The notes under the pieces were generated by a model, which saw only the letters and a list, made by a program, of their open reading frames with translations, had not been told where the DNA came from and made no database searches. 64,000 nt of DNA from a candidate division WOR-3 bacterium (GTDB lineage: Bacteria > Hydrothermota > Hydrothermia > JBDRYB01), in NCBI GenBank assembly GCA_039803205.1, contig JBDRYB010000001.1:377913-441912 (forward strand). Direction: 5' to 3'. Positions 29,193 through 39,432 of the stretch are shown in pieces. Numbering within the stretch: the first letter of the stretch is position 1; every line of letters begins with the position of its first letter. The position numbers and the translations under genes are program-made.

Positions 29193-29291
29193 CTACTTCT
29201 TCTTCGCGGCCTTCTTCTTGCCTTTGGCCACGGTCTTCTTCTTGGCCGTGGTCTTGCAAGTGCTCTTGGCCTTTGCCTTTTTCGCTGGCAT
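29193..29291 (-). CDS. 32-aa Lys/Ala-rich histone H1-like peptide (absent from ORF track)
   Basis: MPAKKAKAKSTCKTTAKKKTVAKGKKKAAKKK*, AAGGAGG SD, upstream TATAAT. Confidence 0.8.
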   Translation of the reverse strand: MPAKKAKAKSTCKTTAKKKTVAKGKKKAAKKK

Positions 29292-29396
29292 CTCCATTCC
29301 TCCTTTGGAGGGTTGCATATTATACAGCTTGTCAAGAGGTTAAACCAATTGACGCTATCCGCGGAAAAATAACTTTGAGAAGAGCCCAGAAGGGCT

Positions 29397-29855
29397 TTAG
29401 GTGGGGTCCGAGAATTTCCTCAGAAATCCTCTTAGATCCTCTTCATCCTCGGAGAATGGCATCTCAAGCCCAGGATAAGGTGGCATGAAGCCGAATATTG
29501 GGATGCCCTTCCTCAGGGCCCAGGATACCTCTGTTAGGGTTCCTGTGCTCATTCCAACCGCTACTACAGCGCGGGATATGTTGACCAAAAGGAAGTTGCG
29601 CATCCCTCCTAGGCCGGTCCCTAGGACTATGTCAACAAAGCGATTTGCCTTTTTGGGGTCCCTTCCTGGGAGAACGCCGATAACCGTTCCGCCCGCCTTT
29701 TTTGCGCCCCGGGAAGCGTGGGCCATAGCGCCCCCAAGGCCACCTGTTGCGAGAATAAAACCTGCTTCTGCTATTGCCCGCCCAGCAATATACGCCCTTT
29801 TCTTTGTCTTCTCGTCTGGCTTTGATGGTCCAACAACCGCTATTATCCCCTTCAT
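29397..29855 (-). CDS. TIGR00725 / LOG-like Rossmann protein
   Basis: GGLGGAM..ASRGAK.AGG.VIGVLP, RN, GTLTE. Confidence 0.85.
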   Translation of the reverse strand: MKGIIAVVGPSKPDEKTKKRAYIAGRAIAEAGFILATGGLGGAMAHASRGAKKAGGTVIGVLPGRDPKKANRFVDIVLGTGLGGMRNFLLVNISRAVVAVGMSTGTLTEVSWALRKGIPIFGFMPPYPGLEMPFSEDEEDLRGFLRKFSDPT

Positions 29856-30463
29856 CTTTCTTCAATCACAATTAACCTGAATCTCGTGTCAGGCCCCTCA
29901 AATCCGGGTTCAAAATGGCCGAGGATGAGCGCGACCCTGCCTTGGTATGAATAGGCCTCCTCAAGCCACCAAGAAAACCCATTACCCGCAAGCACCAAAG
30001 AGAAGATCCGCTTATCCTGCCAGAAGCCCTTTATGTTGCCCTGGGGCCAGATATACGGATCGAGGGTTTGATCTTGGATTATCTCCTCAAGGCAGAGCTC
30101 TCCAGAACCAACCCGGTATCTTTTCGTGATCCTCGTGTATGAAGGCTCGTCTCTCGCGAGGCTGTCCGTGAGCCTTGGCTCCAACTTCTTTCCGGTTTTA
30201 TCTCCTGGAACCCCTTGGGTTTTCGCTGACTCCTTTGCAATTTGAGCCAACCACTCATCCTTGGATTCTTCCTCATAGCAGAGGTCCTCGTAAAAGAACC
30301 TATCAGTTCCGTTGGGCCCTATTACCTCAAGGTATACAAATGGGAAACCGCTCCCATCGTGAACGCCATACTGCAAGAGCGCGGCCTTAGTCCCATCCTC
30401 TGACCAACCCAGGAAAACCGGACAGGAAGCGTCCGCGCTCAGGATAAAGAGAAAAGCGCTCAT
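29852..30463 (-). CDS. Exported protein, DUF2259-like
   Basis: FLGWSEDG...QYGVHDGSGFPF, GFEGPDTRF. Confidence 0.6.
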   Translation of the reverse strand: MSAFLFILSADASCPVFLGWSEDGTKAALLQYGVHDGSGFPFVYLEVIGPNGTDRFFYEDLCYEEESKDEWLAQIAKESAKTQGVPGDKTGKKLEPRLTDSLARDEPSYTRITKRYRVGSGELCLEEIIQDQTLDPYIWPQGNIKGFWQDKRIFSLVLAGNGFSWWLEEAYSYQGRVALILGHFEPGFEGPDTRFRLIVIEER

Positions 30464-31098
30464 TTGCTCTTGGTTTTTGCAACCGCATCCGGCTCCCTCA
30501 TATAGTCCGGAATGAAATCCAGCGCGGGTAGGATATTCCCCTTTGATAGCTCATCAGCCCCCATCTCGGCTATTGTTAGCGCCGAAGGTCTCTCTATCGG
30601 AATCAGGGGTCTCATCCCGTATCTGATAGCCCCATCCCCAGCAAAGCCGGTCGCACGATGCTCCAGAGCGAGTCTAACAAGCTCATCCGGCTCAAATATG
30701 CCGGGAGCCACGAGCTCGTGAATATCCCTCCTGACCCGGTAAATAGCGCCATAGACCTGGCCCTTTTTGGCGTCAAGCGCGCAGGCGATAACCCCCCGAC
30801 CGGATTCTCTCGCAAGCGCTCTCAGGGTTGAGATCCCGACTATCGGAAGCCCTATGGTAACCGAGAGGGCTTTTGCCATTGCCGCACCAGCCCTGAGAGA
30901 GGTGAAGAATCCGGGGCCCAGAGAGAGGGCTATCCCATCAAGCTCTCTGAGCGGCGCTATTTCCTCTACGAGGCTAAGAAGGTTGTTCAGCGATTCCGCG
31001 TGCGAAAACGGGGATAAACACCCTACTTCAAGCTGGAGATCTCTTCCGAACAAGGCAAGGAAGGACGATGGGCCTGATGTCTCAATACCGAGGATCAC
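30460..31098 (-). CDS. tsaB: tRNA t6A biosynthesis protein TsaB
   Basis: ILGIETS, HAE.L, GPGFFTSLR, DAKKGQVY, P.Y.R; GTG 31098 inferred. Confidence 0.9.
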   Translation of the reverse strand: MILGIETSGPSSFLALFGRDLQLEVGCLSPFSHAESLNNLLSLVEEIAPLRELDGIALSLGPGFFTSLRAGAAMAKALSVTIGLPIVGISTLRALARESGRGVIACALDAKKGQVYGAIYRVRRDIHELVAPGIFEPDELVRLALEHRATGFAGDGAIRYGMRPLIPIERPSALTIAEMGADELSKGNILPALDFIPDYMREPDAVAKTKSK

Positions 31099-31182
31099 GA
31101 GCAAATTATCGTGTATGAGGGCCCGGCCGCGCCAGTTGTTTCATTATGAAATTGATGCCCTTCCCTGCATTATAATTTTCCC

Positions 31183-31617
31183 ATGGCAAAGATAGCCGTA
31201 ATCATAGGTTCTGAGAGCGACAGGGATAGGATGAAGCCCGGGATTGACCTCCTGGAAAACCTGGGGATTGAATACGAACTCGTGGTTCTTTCCGCGCACA
31301 GGAATCCAGTTGAACTTGGAGAACACGCATCCAGGCTTTCTGAGAGGGGATTTGAGGTGGTGATAGCGGGCGCTGGTTTATCAGCCGCTCTTCCCGGCGC
31401 GATAGCGGCCCGGACAGAGCTTCCGGTCATAGGCGTTCCTTTTGATGCTGGAACCCTCGGTGGCCTTGATGCCCTTCTCTCCATGACCCAGATGCCCCGA
31501 GGGGTTCCGGTCGCGACGGTCGGGATAAACAACCCAATAAACGCTGTGATCCTCGCTCTGCGCATCCTCGCGCTGAGACACCATTGGGCCAAAGAAGCCC
31601 TGGGCAAGATAGCCTAA
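31183..31617 (+). CDS. purE: N5-CAIR mutase
   Basis: GSESD, SAHR.P, AGAG.SAALPG, QMPRGVPVATV. Confidence 0.95.
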   Translation: MAKIAVIIGSESDRDRMKPGIDLLENLGIEYELVVLSAHRNPVELGEHASRLSERGFEVVIAGAGLSAALPGAIAARTELPVIGVPFDAGTLGGLDALLSMTQMPRGVPVATVGINNPINAVILALRILALRHHWAKEALGKIA

Positions 31618-33200
31618 TGCTTTCGGTTCTGTTGGCATCATTTTTTGTTGATCATACATTCTACCACGCTTATGGTGCAACGGAGTCCATATGGGAGTGG
31701 GGGAAGCTCAGCGGGCCGGGGAACATCTATATCCTGGCCGCTTTCAAGGATGAACGGGATTACCTTATTGGCCGCAGAAACCTCTACGGCGAGGGATTGA
31801 TAAGGCAATCATTTAGGTTTATGGGAGACACTGGAGCCCTCTTTCTCTCCGGAAGCCAGAAAAAACAGGGCGCTGAGAGCTTTCTCGCCACAGAGGGCTC
31901 AGGGGGGTTGGGGCTATTACTCGGGACCAAGCCAACCGCGTGGATGAGGTTCAGCTCCCTGGCCCTTTTGGAGTCAAGAGGGTATTCCCTTGCCGGGAGT
32001 TACCAGGACAACTCAGGCATCCGCGAGGAGCTGGGGATTGAGATTGGCCACCGCTTTATCTCGGGCGAGATGGGCCTCAAAACTGAGCTAAGACCCCTGA
32101 ACGGGGAGCAGAGCCTCAGGGCCAGGCCTGTTGTCCCGCTTCCCATAGGAACCCTGAGCGCGGATGTATACTCAGGGAGGCTCCGCTATCTCACGGTTTC
32201 CGGGGAGGAATCGAAGGGTTTCTACGAGCTCACGCTCTCAGGCGTGTTTCCAGAGGCCGGCCTAATCAGGTTTTCGCCCAGATTTTACGCGAGCCAGGGG
32301 ATCTATTCATTGAACCGTTTGAACTCTGGGGGTTCTGTGGGGGGTGAGCTGGGGTTTGTGGCAAGGGCTAGCGTTGCGGGCGCCCAGTGGGAATGGGAAC
32401 TCCTCAGGGGCAGAGGTGGTAGGGATCTTTATGAGTATCAGGGCGACGAGCAGGAGGCCTGGGCAAGGGCAAACTTTTCTGTGAGAAGGGAATTTTCCCG
32501 CGGCCGCAGCGTTTATGTGAGGTCTTGGATATCCAAAAAAGCCTATGACTACCCTCAGGGTTTCCTGCCGGATGACAGGGACGACAGGGCTCTTTTCTCC
32601 GTGATTGGGCTCCGGATGAGCCTCAGGCCCAACCTCCTCGCTGAGATGGGTTTCACTGCCAGGAGTCAGGACATGGTCTTTCTAAAACCCGAGCGTAGCC
32701 ATGAGACAAGGCATCAGGAGAAGTATTCCATGTTCGGGAGGTGCGCTTGGGGAGGGCCTATCAGTCTGGACTTCAGGGCAGAGGTATCGGCTGTTTACAA
32801 CACCTACAGGTTCAACCCGCAAGCAAATCTCCTAATCAGGTTCTACGAGAACGCTCTCTATTTCAAGACGCGCAGATTTCAGTCCTCCACCAGGTTCCGA
32901 TTGCAGGACCAGGGCGGATACGCGGCTGGAATTTATTACCCCTCAGCCTTTTCACGCGAGATATGGTTACAGCCCCTTCTCAGGGTTTTCAATATTGGCG
33001 AGACAGGGATGTATGTGGCAGGAAGGTATTATATTAGGGACGAGGACGATGGGGAAGGATGGGCTAGAGCGCTTGAAGAGGAGGGGATCGGGGTTTCGGC
33101 CAAAAGGGGGTCTGATTTTGAGGCCAGGGTTCTCCTCGTTAAGAGGACTGGGGAAGAGCCGTTCTGGGACATCGGACTATATTACAATCCTGCCCAATGA
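31617..33200 (+). CDS. Hypothetical large outer-membrane beta-barrel protein
   Basis: Amphipathic aromatic beta strands; TAATG coupling to purE. Confidence 0.55.
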   Translation: MLSVLLASFFVDHTFYHAYGATESIWEWGKLSGPGNIYILAAFKDERDYLIGRRNLYGEGLIRQSFRFMGDTGALFLSGSQKKQGAESFLATEGSGGLGLLLGTKPTAWMRFSSLALLESRGYSLAGSYQDNSGIREELGIEIGHRFISGEMGLKTELRPLNGEQSLRARPVVPLPIGTLSADVYSGRLRYLTVSGEESKGFYELTLSGVFPEAGLIRFSPRFYASQGIYSLNRLNSGGSVGGELGFVARASVAGAQWEWELLRGRGGRDLYEYQGDEQEAWARANFSVRREFSRGRSVYVRSWISKKAYDYPQGFLPDDRDDRALFSVIGLRMSLRPNLLAEMGFTARSQDMVFLKPERSHETRHQEKYSMFGRCAWGGPISLDFRAEVSAVYNTYRFNPQANLLIRFYENALYFKTRRFQSSTRFRLQDQGGYAAGIYYPSAFSREIWLQPLLRVFNIGETGMYVAGRYYIRDEDDGEGWARALEEEGIGVSAKRGSDFEARVLLVKRTGEEPFWDIGLYYNPAQ

Positions 33201-33264
33201 CGCGCGCGAAGGGTTCTATCGCTAGGGGCGTGGCAGGAACAGAAGGACTCTTCAGGGTAATATC

Positions 33265-33338
33265 TGACTGACTGGTCAGTCAATACTTGACACGGGACGA
33301 GCGCTGGCCGGATAATTTATGACTGACCGGTCAGTCAT
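33265..33338 (+). promoter_or_regulatory. Sigma70 promoter flanked by two TetR-type operators
   Basis: TGACTGACTGGTCAGTCA (33265-82), TTGACA (33287-92), 18-nt spacer, GATAAT (33311-16), perfect palindrome ATGACTGACCGGTCAGTCAT (33319-38). Confidence 0.85.
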
Positions 33339-33382
33339 GATAGGCTGAACCCTACCAAAGGGGAACAGCACGGAGAGAAGAT

Positions 33383-34000
33383 ATGGAACAGGAGCAAAAG
33401 AAGGAGAGAAAACGCCGTGAGATTCTCAGCGCGGCCAGGAGGGTTTTCTCTGAGAGGGGCTATTACCAGGCAACAATGGACGAAATAGCCTCTGAAGCAG
33501 GGGTCGCTAAGGGAACCCTCTATCTCTATTACCCCTCCAAGGCACACCTCCTCCTCGCTTGCGTGAGGGAGATGATGGAATCCCTTGCCGGAAAGATGCG
33601 GGATATGCTCGCGGAATACGAGGGGAAGGATGTTTCTCCGGTTGAGATAATAAGGCACGCCATAGGCATTTACCTAGATCACCTGAACAGAAACAAGGAC
33701 ATGCTCATAACCGGAATGAGGGAGGGCCAGGTCTCGGCAGAGGAGATAGGGGGCGAGGAACTTCGGAAGGAGATACTCAGCCACATCTGGGGATACACGG
33801 AGTATGTCTCATCCGCGCTCGAGAAGGGGATGAGGGCCGGGGTCATAAGAAAGGGAAACCCTCTGATAATGGCCCTGGGTCTCATCGGTGTGGCACAGAA
33901 CATAACCATATATCATCTTTACAACGAACCCGATAAGGACCTTACGGAGCTCAAGGAGGGCATAGTTGAGCTCGTGAAGAACATGATCCTTGAAAAGTGA
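33383..34000 (+). CDS. TetR/AcrR transcriptional regulator
   Basis: ILSAARRVF.ERGY..ATMDEIA.EAGVAKGTLYLYY.SK. Confidence 0.95.
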   Translation: MEQEQKKERKRREILSAARRVFSERGYYQATMDEIASEAGVAKGTLYLYYPSKAHLLLACVREMMESLAGKMRDMLAEYEGKDVSPVEIIRHAIGIYLDHLNRNKDMLITGMREGQVSAEEIGGEELRKEILSHIWGYTEYVSSALEKGMRAGVIRKGNPLIMALGLIGVAQNITIYHLYNEPDKDLTELKEGIVELVKNMILEK

Positions 34001-34007
34001 GGAAGAA

Positions 34008-35363
34008 ATGAGAAGGTTCATAGTATCCATAGGCATCTTTGTCGGATGGTCGCTCGCTGACACCCTCATTCTCAATGAGGGGTCCGCTGTCTCCGCGGCC
34101 CTCGCGGCGAATCCGGAACTGAGGATGTATCGGGCAAAGATAAGCGAAGCTGAGGCGAGGCTCGCACAGGCACGGGCGCCCTTCATGCCCCAGCTCTCCT
34201 TGTCCGCTGGATACACCTATCTCTCGTATGTCCAGGAGATGGAGATGGTTGTCCCCAACTTCGACAGCTTCCCCAACATCAGATTGGATACGGTCACGAT
34301 GCAGTTCGGCCGCCACAACAACTACAAAGCAGAGGCGAGGTTGAGCCAGGTCCTTTTCTCCTGGGGCAGGGTCTGGAACTCTTACCAGATGGCAAAAGAA
34401 GGGCTCCGGGCCGCGGAGTTCAGTCTCAGAGCAAAGGAAGCGGAGGTTTCATCAAAGGCCAGGGTAGCTTTCTGGGGGGCTCTCGTTGCCAGAGAATACT
34501 GGAACCTGGCTAAGGAGAGCTCAAGAAACCTTGAGGAGCATTACCGAGATGCTGAGCGCAGATACAAATCGGGCGTTGCGCCGGAGTTTGAGCTGTTGCA
34601 GGCAGAGGTCAAGTGGAGGAACTCCATTCCTCAAGTAGCTGATGCCGAGAAAGCATATCGGGATGCCCTTGATGGCCTGAAATTGCTCCTTGGCATCCCA
34701 CAGGAAACCGAGTTAATCCTTGAGGGCACCCCTGAGTTTGAGGAGCCGAACATAGACGATTCGGCCGCTGTGGCCCTTGCTTTGGAATCCAGGCCCGAGC
34801 TCGCATCCCTGGACCAGCAGATCTCAGCGCTGGAAAGGCTTGTGGCGATCCAGTCTGCAGGAGATAAGCCCCAACTAGTTGGTTTCATCGGTTATGCTTA
34901 TCAGAGGCCATACGGGTTTGAAGATGAATGGGGAGGGACATGGAGCGCTGGTTTGGGTATTACCTGGAACCTCTTTGATGGCTTCTCATCCAAAGGAAAG
35001 GCCTCAGAGGCAAAGGCCCAAAGGGAGCAGGTCATCCTCTCTCGGTATCTCCAGGCCGAGGCCATAAAGAGCGAGGTTAGGACCGCGCTACGAGGGGTCT
35101 ATGAGTCCTGGGAAAAGCTCAGGTCCGCAGAGGCAACCGTCGCGCTCGCTGAGCGAGGGCTCTCCATAGCAAAAGCGCAAAGAGAAGGAGGTATCGCGAC
35201 GCAGCTTGCCCTATACGACGCGGAGATGAACCTTTATCAAGCGAAAATCAATCTGCTCGCTAGCCAGATGGGCTATGTGGCGTCTCTGGCCGCGCTTGAA
35301 AAGGCTGTTGGAGTGCCAATGTCCGAGCTCCCAAAAAAGGAGGAGAAAAATGAAAAGGAGTAG
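34008..35363 (+). CDS. TolC-family outer membrane efflux protein
   Basis: ALAANPEL, P.LSL, two OEP repeats, WNLFDG. Confidence 0.92.
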   Translation: MRRFIVSIGIFVGWSLADTLILNEGSAVSAALAANPELRMYRAKISEAEARLAQARAPFMPQLSLSAGYTYLSYVQEMEMVVPNFDSFPNIRLDTVTMQFGRHNNYKAEARLSQVLFSWGRVWNSYQMAKEGLRAAEFSLRAKEAEVSSKARVAFWGALVAREYWNLAKESSRNLEEHYRDAERRYKSGVAPEFELLQAEVKWRNSIPQVADAEKAYRDALDGLKLLLGIPQETELILEGTPEFEEPNIDDSAAVALALESRPELASLDQQISALERLVAIQSAGDKPQLVGFIGYAYQRPYGFEDEWGGTWSAGLGITWNLFDGFSSKGKASEAKAQREQVILSRYLQAEAIKSEVRTALRGVYESWEKLRSAEATVALAERGLSIAKAQREGGIATQLALYDAEMNLYQAKINLLASQMGYVASLAALEKAVGVPMSELPKKEEKNEKE

Positions 35364-36237
35364 TTGTTTCTCGTGGGCAGAGAGGATCTTGAGCCTTTTC
35401 TTGGTCATCCTTACTGTATCATTACTGGCCTGCGGTCGCAAGGGTTCATCTGATAGCATCGGAAAGGAGAAGATGGTTGTGGGCGTTGAGCTCGTCAAGA
35501 AGGGAGCCATAACAAGGAGCGCGGAGCTCTTCGGGAGGGTCTCCGGGGCTGAAGAGGCGCAGGTCTACTCGGAGTTTCCTGGGAAGGTTACATACAAGGT
35601 TAAAGAGGGTCAGAGGGTATCCCGGGGCCAGACCATAGCCTACATAGATAGAAGCCTTCCTGGTGTTGATTACCGACCATATCCGGTGAGCGCCCCGGTT
35701 TCCGGGACGGTTGCTTTTGTTTACCTAAAGGATGGCTCCATGGTTGATGCCCGGACCCCTCTTGCCCTGATAACGGGCAGGGGGAGGGTTGAGGTAACGC
35801 TTGATGTGCCAGCGAGCCTCCTTCCTTTGATGAGGCCTGGGAGCGAGGCGGCTGTGATTCTCGGGGAAGACACGGTTAAGGGCAGGATAGAAAGCGTTTC
35901 TGGAGCGGTAAATCCCATCTCAGGGGCGGGCCAAGCGAAATTGCGCCTGAAAAACCCTGGCGACAGGCTGGTCTCGGGCATGGTCGTGAGATCCAAGGTT
36001 GAGCTGGAGAAGAAGGAAGGCGCTCTGATCGTTCCGGATGCGGCCATCATAGACAGGGATGGCAGGCATGTGGTTTTCGTGATAAAGGATGGGAAGGCAA
36101 GGGAGGTTCAGGTCAGCTTAGGGATAAGGGGCGATGGGGTCGTTGAGGTCATGGGGGATCTTTCCGCGGGGGACACAGTTGCCACAACCGGCGCGCTTGG
36201 ACTCGCTGACGGCGTTCATGTGGAGGTGATGAGATGA
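35350..36237 (+). CDS. RND periplasmic adaptor (MFP) lipoprotein
   Basis: LLAC lipobox, V.EGQRV.RGQ, APVSGTV, VP..AI. Confidence 0.9.
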   Translation: MKRSSCFSWAERILSLFLVILTVSLLACGRKGSSDSIGKEKMVVGVELVKKGAITRSAELFGRVSGAEEAQVYSEFPGKVTYKVKEGQRVSRGQTIAYIDRSLPGVDYRPYPVSAPVSGTVAFVYLKDGSMVDARTPLALITGRGRVEVTLDVPASLLPLMRPGSEAAVILGEDTVKGRIESVSGAVNPISGAGQAKLRLKNPGDRLVSGMVVRSKVELEKKEGALIVPDAAIIDRDGRHVVFVIKDGKAREVQVSLGIRGDGVVEVMGDLSAGDTVATTGALGLADGVHVEVMR

Positions 36238-39200
36238 GGGGCCTGGTCAGATTCTCGGTGGATCACCCTGTCACCATAACCATGCTCGTTGGGATACTTG
36301 TGGTCATGGGAATGCTCTCGCTGTCCCGGATGGGTCAGGACCTCATGCCCGACATATCATTTCCGACCGTGACCGTTGTTACTCAATACGAGGGCGCGTC
36401 CCCAGAGGAGGTTGAGAAGCTCGTAACCCAGCCGGTTGAGGGGGCCTGCGCTCTCATATCAGGAGTCCAAAAAGTCAGCTCAACATCGGCCGAGGGGGTT
36501 TCAACCGTGACCCTGGAGTTTGAGTGGGGAACGGATATTGATGTGGCATCCCAGGATGTGAGGGAGAAGCTCGGGATGATTGAGAAATACCTCCCTGAGG
36601 AGGCTGAGCGCCCCGCTGTCTATAAGTTTGACCCATCCATGATGCCAGCGATTGAATATGCGCTCTATTCGGATAAGTTCACCCAAACCCAGCTTAAGAA
36701 GCTCTCTGAGGACCTCATAAAGCCCCGTCTTGAGAGGCAGGAAGGCGTCGCATCCGTTCTCATACTCGGCGTTGAGGATGAGGAGATAATAATTGATGTT
36801 GACATGGCAAAGCTCCACGAGCTCGGGCTCTCCCTTGGGGAGCTGATAAATGTCCTACGGGGCCAGAACCTCAACCTTCCTGCTGGGCATTACATGATAG
36901 GCCCAAGAGAATACCTGATAAGGGCTGTAGGGGAGGTTTCGGAGCCACAGGAGCTTCTTGATGTGCCCGTTGGTTTTACGAAGGACGGAAGGCCTGTTCG
37001 CCTCTCAGAGGTGGCGAGGGTTTGGACAGGACTGAGGGAAAAGAGGGGATACTACGAGATAGAAGGGAAACCAGGGGTTCTCCTCATCGTGCAAAAGCAA
37101 TCTGGGTCCAACACCGTCCAGGTCGCGGATAGGGTAAAGAGGGAAATGGGGGCAATAAAGCCCCTTTTGCCCCAGGGCATAGAAACAGCCATCGTCATGG
37201 ACTTCAGCGAGGCAGTAAAGGCCAACAACAAGAACACATTTGACACAGCGTGGCAAGGTATGCTGTTAGCCGCTCTAATCGTCTTTCTCTTTCTCTTCAA
37301 CTGGAGGCCAACTCTGGTCATATCCCTAGCTATACCGCTCTCGGTTTTCGCTACATTTATCGTTCTCCACTTGAGAGGGGACACCTTGAACATGATGACC
37401 CTCGGAGGGATAACCCTCGCTGTTGGGATGCTGGTTGATAATGCTGTGGTTGTGATTGAGAACATGTTCAGGCACGCTGAGATGGGAAAGCCCAGCTCCC
37501 AAGCCGCTGTTGATGGCGCCTCAGAGGTTGGGCTCGCGATAACGGCCTCAACCCTCACTAACATAGTTGTTTTTCTCCCCCTCATCTATTCGGGCGGGAT
37601 CGTCGGCGAGATAATGAGATCCTTGGCCTTTACAGTGACCGTGACCATGCTCATGTCCCTCGTTGTCGCGATAACCATAATCCCGAGCTACGCGGCAAAA
37701 CTCTTCAGGGCCGAGAAAAAGAGCAGGCTGGCCGGATGGTTCAACCCCGTATCCAGGGTATACAGGTTCCTTTTGGAGCTGACCCTGAGGCACCGGGTTA
37801 CCGCGACCATAGTGACCCTGCTACTGATGGCTGGATCGGCCTTCGTTTTCCTTAGGCTCGGAGGCGAGTTTATTCCCATGCTGGACATGAGATTCATCCC
37901 GATAGAGGTGGAGCTCCCCCCTGGGACCCCCGCTGACGCTACAAAGGCATACCTTGAACACGGGGCTGAGATAGCGAGGGAATACAGCGAGGTTGAGATG
38001 ATATCGGTCATGGTTGGCTCAGGGGGATTCATGTCCTCTTTCGGGAGGACAGCGGATGTCAACCAGGGAACCCTGTTTCTCAAGATGAAACCCCCTGAGC
38101 AGAGAAGGAGATACACCACCGAGGTCGCGCACGAGATAATAGCGAGAATGCCTCCTTATTACGGGTCAAAGGCTGTGGTCTCCAACTATCAATCTCAGAT
38201 GCTCGGCGGAGGCATGCCCATAGAGATACACATATACGGCCCGGATGTGAATGTCCTGACGCAGTTGGGCGAGGATGTCCTCAATAGGATAAAGAACATA
38301 CCCGGCATAGTTAGCCCGGATGTCTCTGTTGAGCTGGCAAAACCAGAAATAAAGGTCACGGTTGACAAGGAACGAGCCGCATACTATGGTTTGACGGCTT
38401 ATCAGATAGTTTCGGAAATAGAGGCCCTCACCCTCGGGAAGGTAGCAAGCAGGATGGAGGTTGAGGGAGACCAGCTTAACATAGTGGTGAGGGCGGACAG
38501 CTTGGATAGGACGAGCCTGAGCAATGCTTGGATAAAATCCCCGACCGGCGCGCTGGTTCCGCTTTCAGAGGTCTCCACCGTTATCCTCGGGACCGGGCCG
38601 ACCAGGATAGACCGGGAGAACCAGGTTCGCTTCATAAGGGTCACGGCTGACAAGGAGGGCCGTAGCCTCCAGGAGGTCAGCCGGGATGTCTCCAAAGCGC
38701 TCTCGGATTTCAAGACCCCTCCTGGCTACACCTGGGAAATTGCCGGGGAGTCAAAGCGCATGTCCGATATGATGAGGCAGATGTTCTGGGTGATCCTGGC
38801 CGCTGTCGTCCTCACATACATGATAATGGCCGCCTTATTTGAATCCTTTAAGAGGCCCTTGATTGTGATGTTCACGGTCCCCCTCGCTTTTATTGGCTCC
38901 GCATTTGCCCTCTGGTTCTCCGGCATGACATTATCAATGGTATCCCTGATGGGCTTGCTCATCGTCTTCGGCGTCGTTGTCAACAACGCCATAGTCATGA
39001 TAGACCTCATAGACAAGCTCAGGGAGCGAGGAACCGATCCCTATGAGGCTGTTGTTGATGGCGCTGTCCTGCGCCTTAGGCCCATCCTGATAACTGCCCT
39101 GACAACCATTTTCGGACTTGCGCCCATGGCTTTTCTCAGAACCAGAGGGTGGGAGATGCGCTCACCCATAGCAATTGCTTTAATAGGCGGGCTTATGACC

Positions 39201-39290
39201 GGCACCTTCGTGACCTTGCTGGTTATTCCCATGGTCTACACATGGTTTGAGGGAATAAGGACCAAGAGAAGGCCAAAGGAGCAGGGCTAA
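36234..39290 (+). CDS. RND efflux permease (AcrB family)
   Basis: GMLVDNAVVVIEN, GVVVNNAIV, RLRPILITALTT. Confidence 0.95.
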   Translation: MRGLVRFSVDHPVTITMLVGILVVMGMLSLSRMGQDLMPDISFPTVTVVTQYEGASPEEVEKLVTQPVEGACALISGVQKVSSTSAEGVSTVTLEFEWGTDIDVASQDVREKLGMIEKYLPEEAERPAVYKFDPSMMPAIEYALYSDKFTQTQLKKLSEDLIKPRLERQEGVASVLILGVEDEEIIIDVDMAKLHELGLSLGELINVLRGQNLNLPAGHYMIGPREYLIRAVGEVSEPQELLDVPVGFTKDGRPVRLSEVARVWTGLREKRGYYEIEGKPGVLLIVQKQSGSNTVQVADRVKREMGAIKPLLPQGIETAIVMDFSEAVKANNKNTFDTAWQGMLLAALIVFLFLFNWRPTLVISLAIPLSVFATFIVLHLRGDTLNMMTLGGITLAVGMLVDNAVVVIENMFRHAEMGKPSSQAAVDGASEVGLAITASTLTNIVVFLPLIYSGGIVGEIMRSLAFTVTVTMLMSLVVAITIIPSYAAKLFRAEKKSRLAGWFNPVSRVYRFLLELTLRHRVTATIVTLLLMAGSAFVFLRLGGEFIPMLDMRFIPIEVELPPGTPADATKAYLEHGAEIAREYSEVEMISVMVGSGGFMSSFGRTADVNQGTLFLKMKPPEQRRRYTTEVAHEIIARMPPYYGSKAVVSNYQSQMLGGGMPIEIHIYGPDVNVLTQLGEDVLNRIKNIPGIVSPDVSVELAKPEIKVTVDKERAAYYGLTAYQIVSEIEALTLGKVASRMEVEGDQLNIVVRADSLDRTSLSNAWIKSPTGALVPLSEVSTVILGTGPTRIDRENQVRFIRVTADKEGRSLQEVSRDVSKALSDFKTPPGYTWEIAGESKRMSDMMRQMFWVILAAVVLTYMIMAALFESFKRPLIVMFTVPLAFIGSAFALWFSGMTLSMVSLMGLLIVFGVVVNNAIVMIDLIDKLRERGTDPYEAVVDGAVLRLRPILITALTTIFGLAPMAFLRTRGWEMRSPIAIALIGGLMTGTFVTLLVIPMVYTWFEGIRTKRRPKEQG

Positions 39291-39432
39291 AAACCGGAGA
39301 TCGCCGCGAGCGCGAGGATTGACCCCTTAGAGAGCTTTCTATTGCAAGGAAAAAAGCTTGCGCGCGGCCACGATTTGCATTATACTTTTCAGGCTTTCCA
39401 AAACCCTGGGGTAAGAGGACCCCATATAATAA

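Noticed and set aside
29114..29488. 124-aa Ser-rich plus-strand ORF
   Set aside because: Antisense reading of the Lys-rich peptide gene and its promoter
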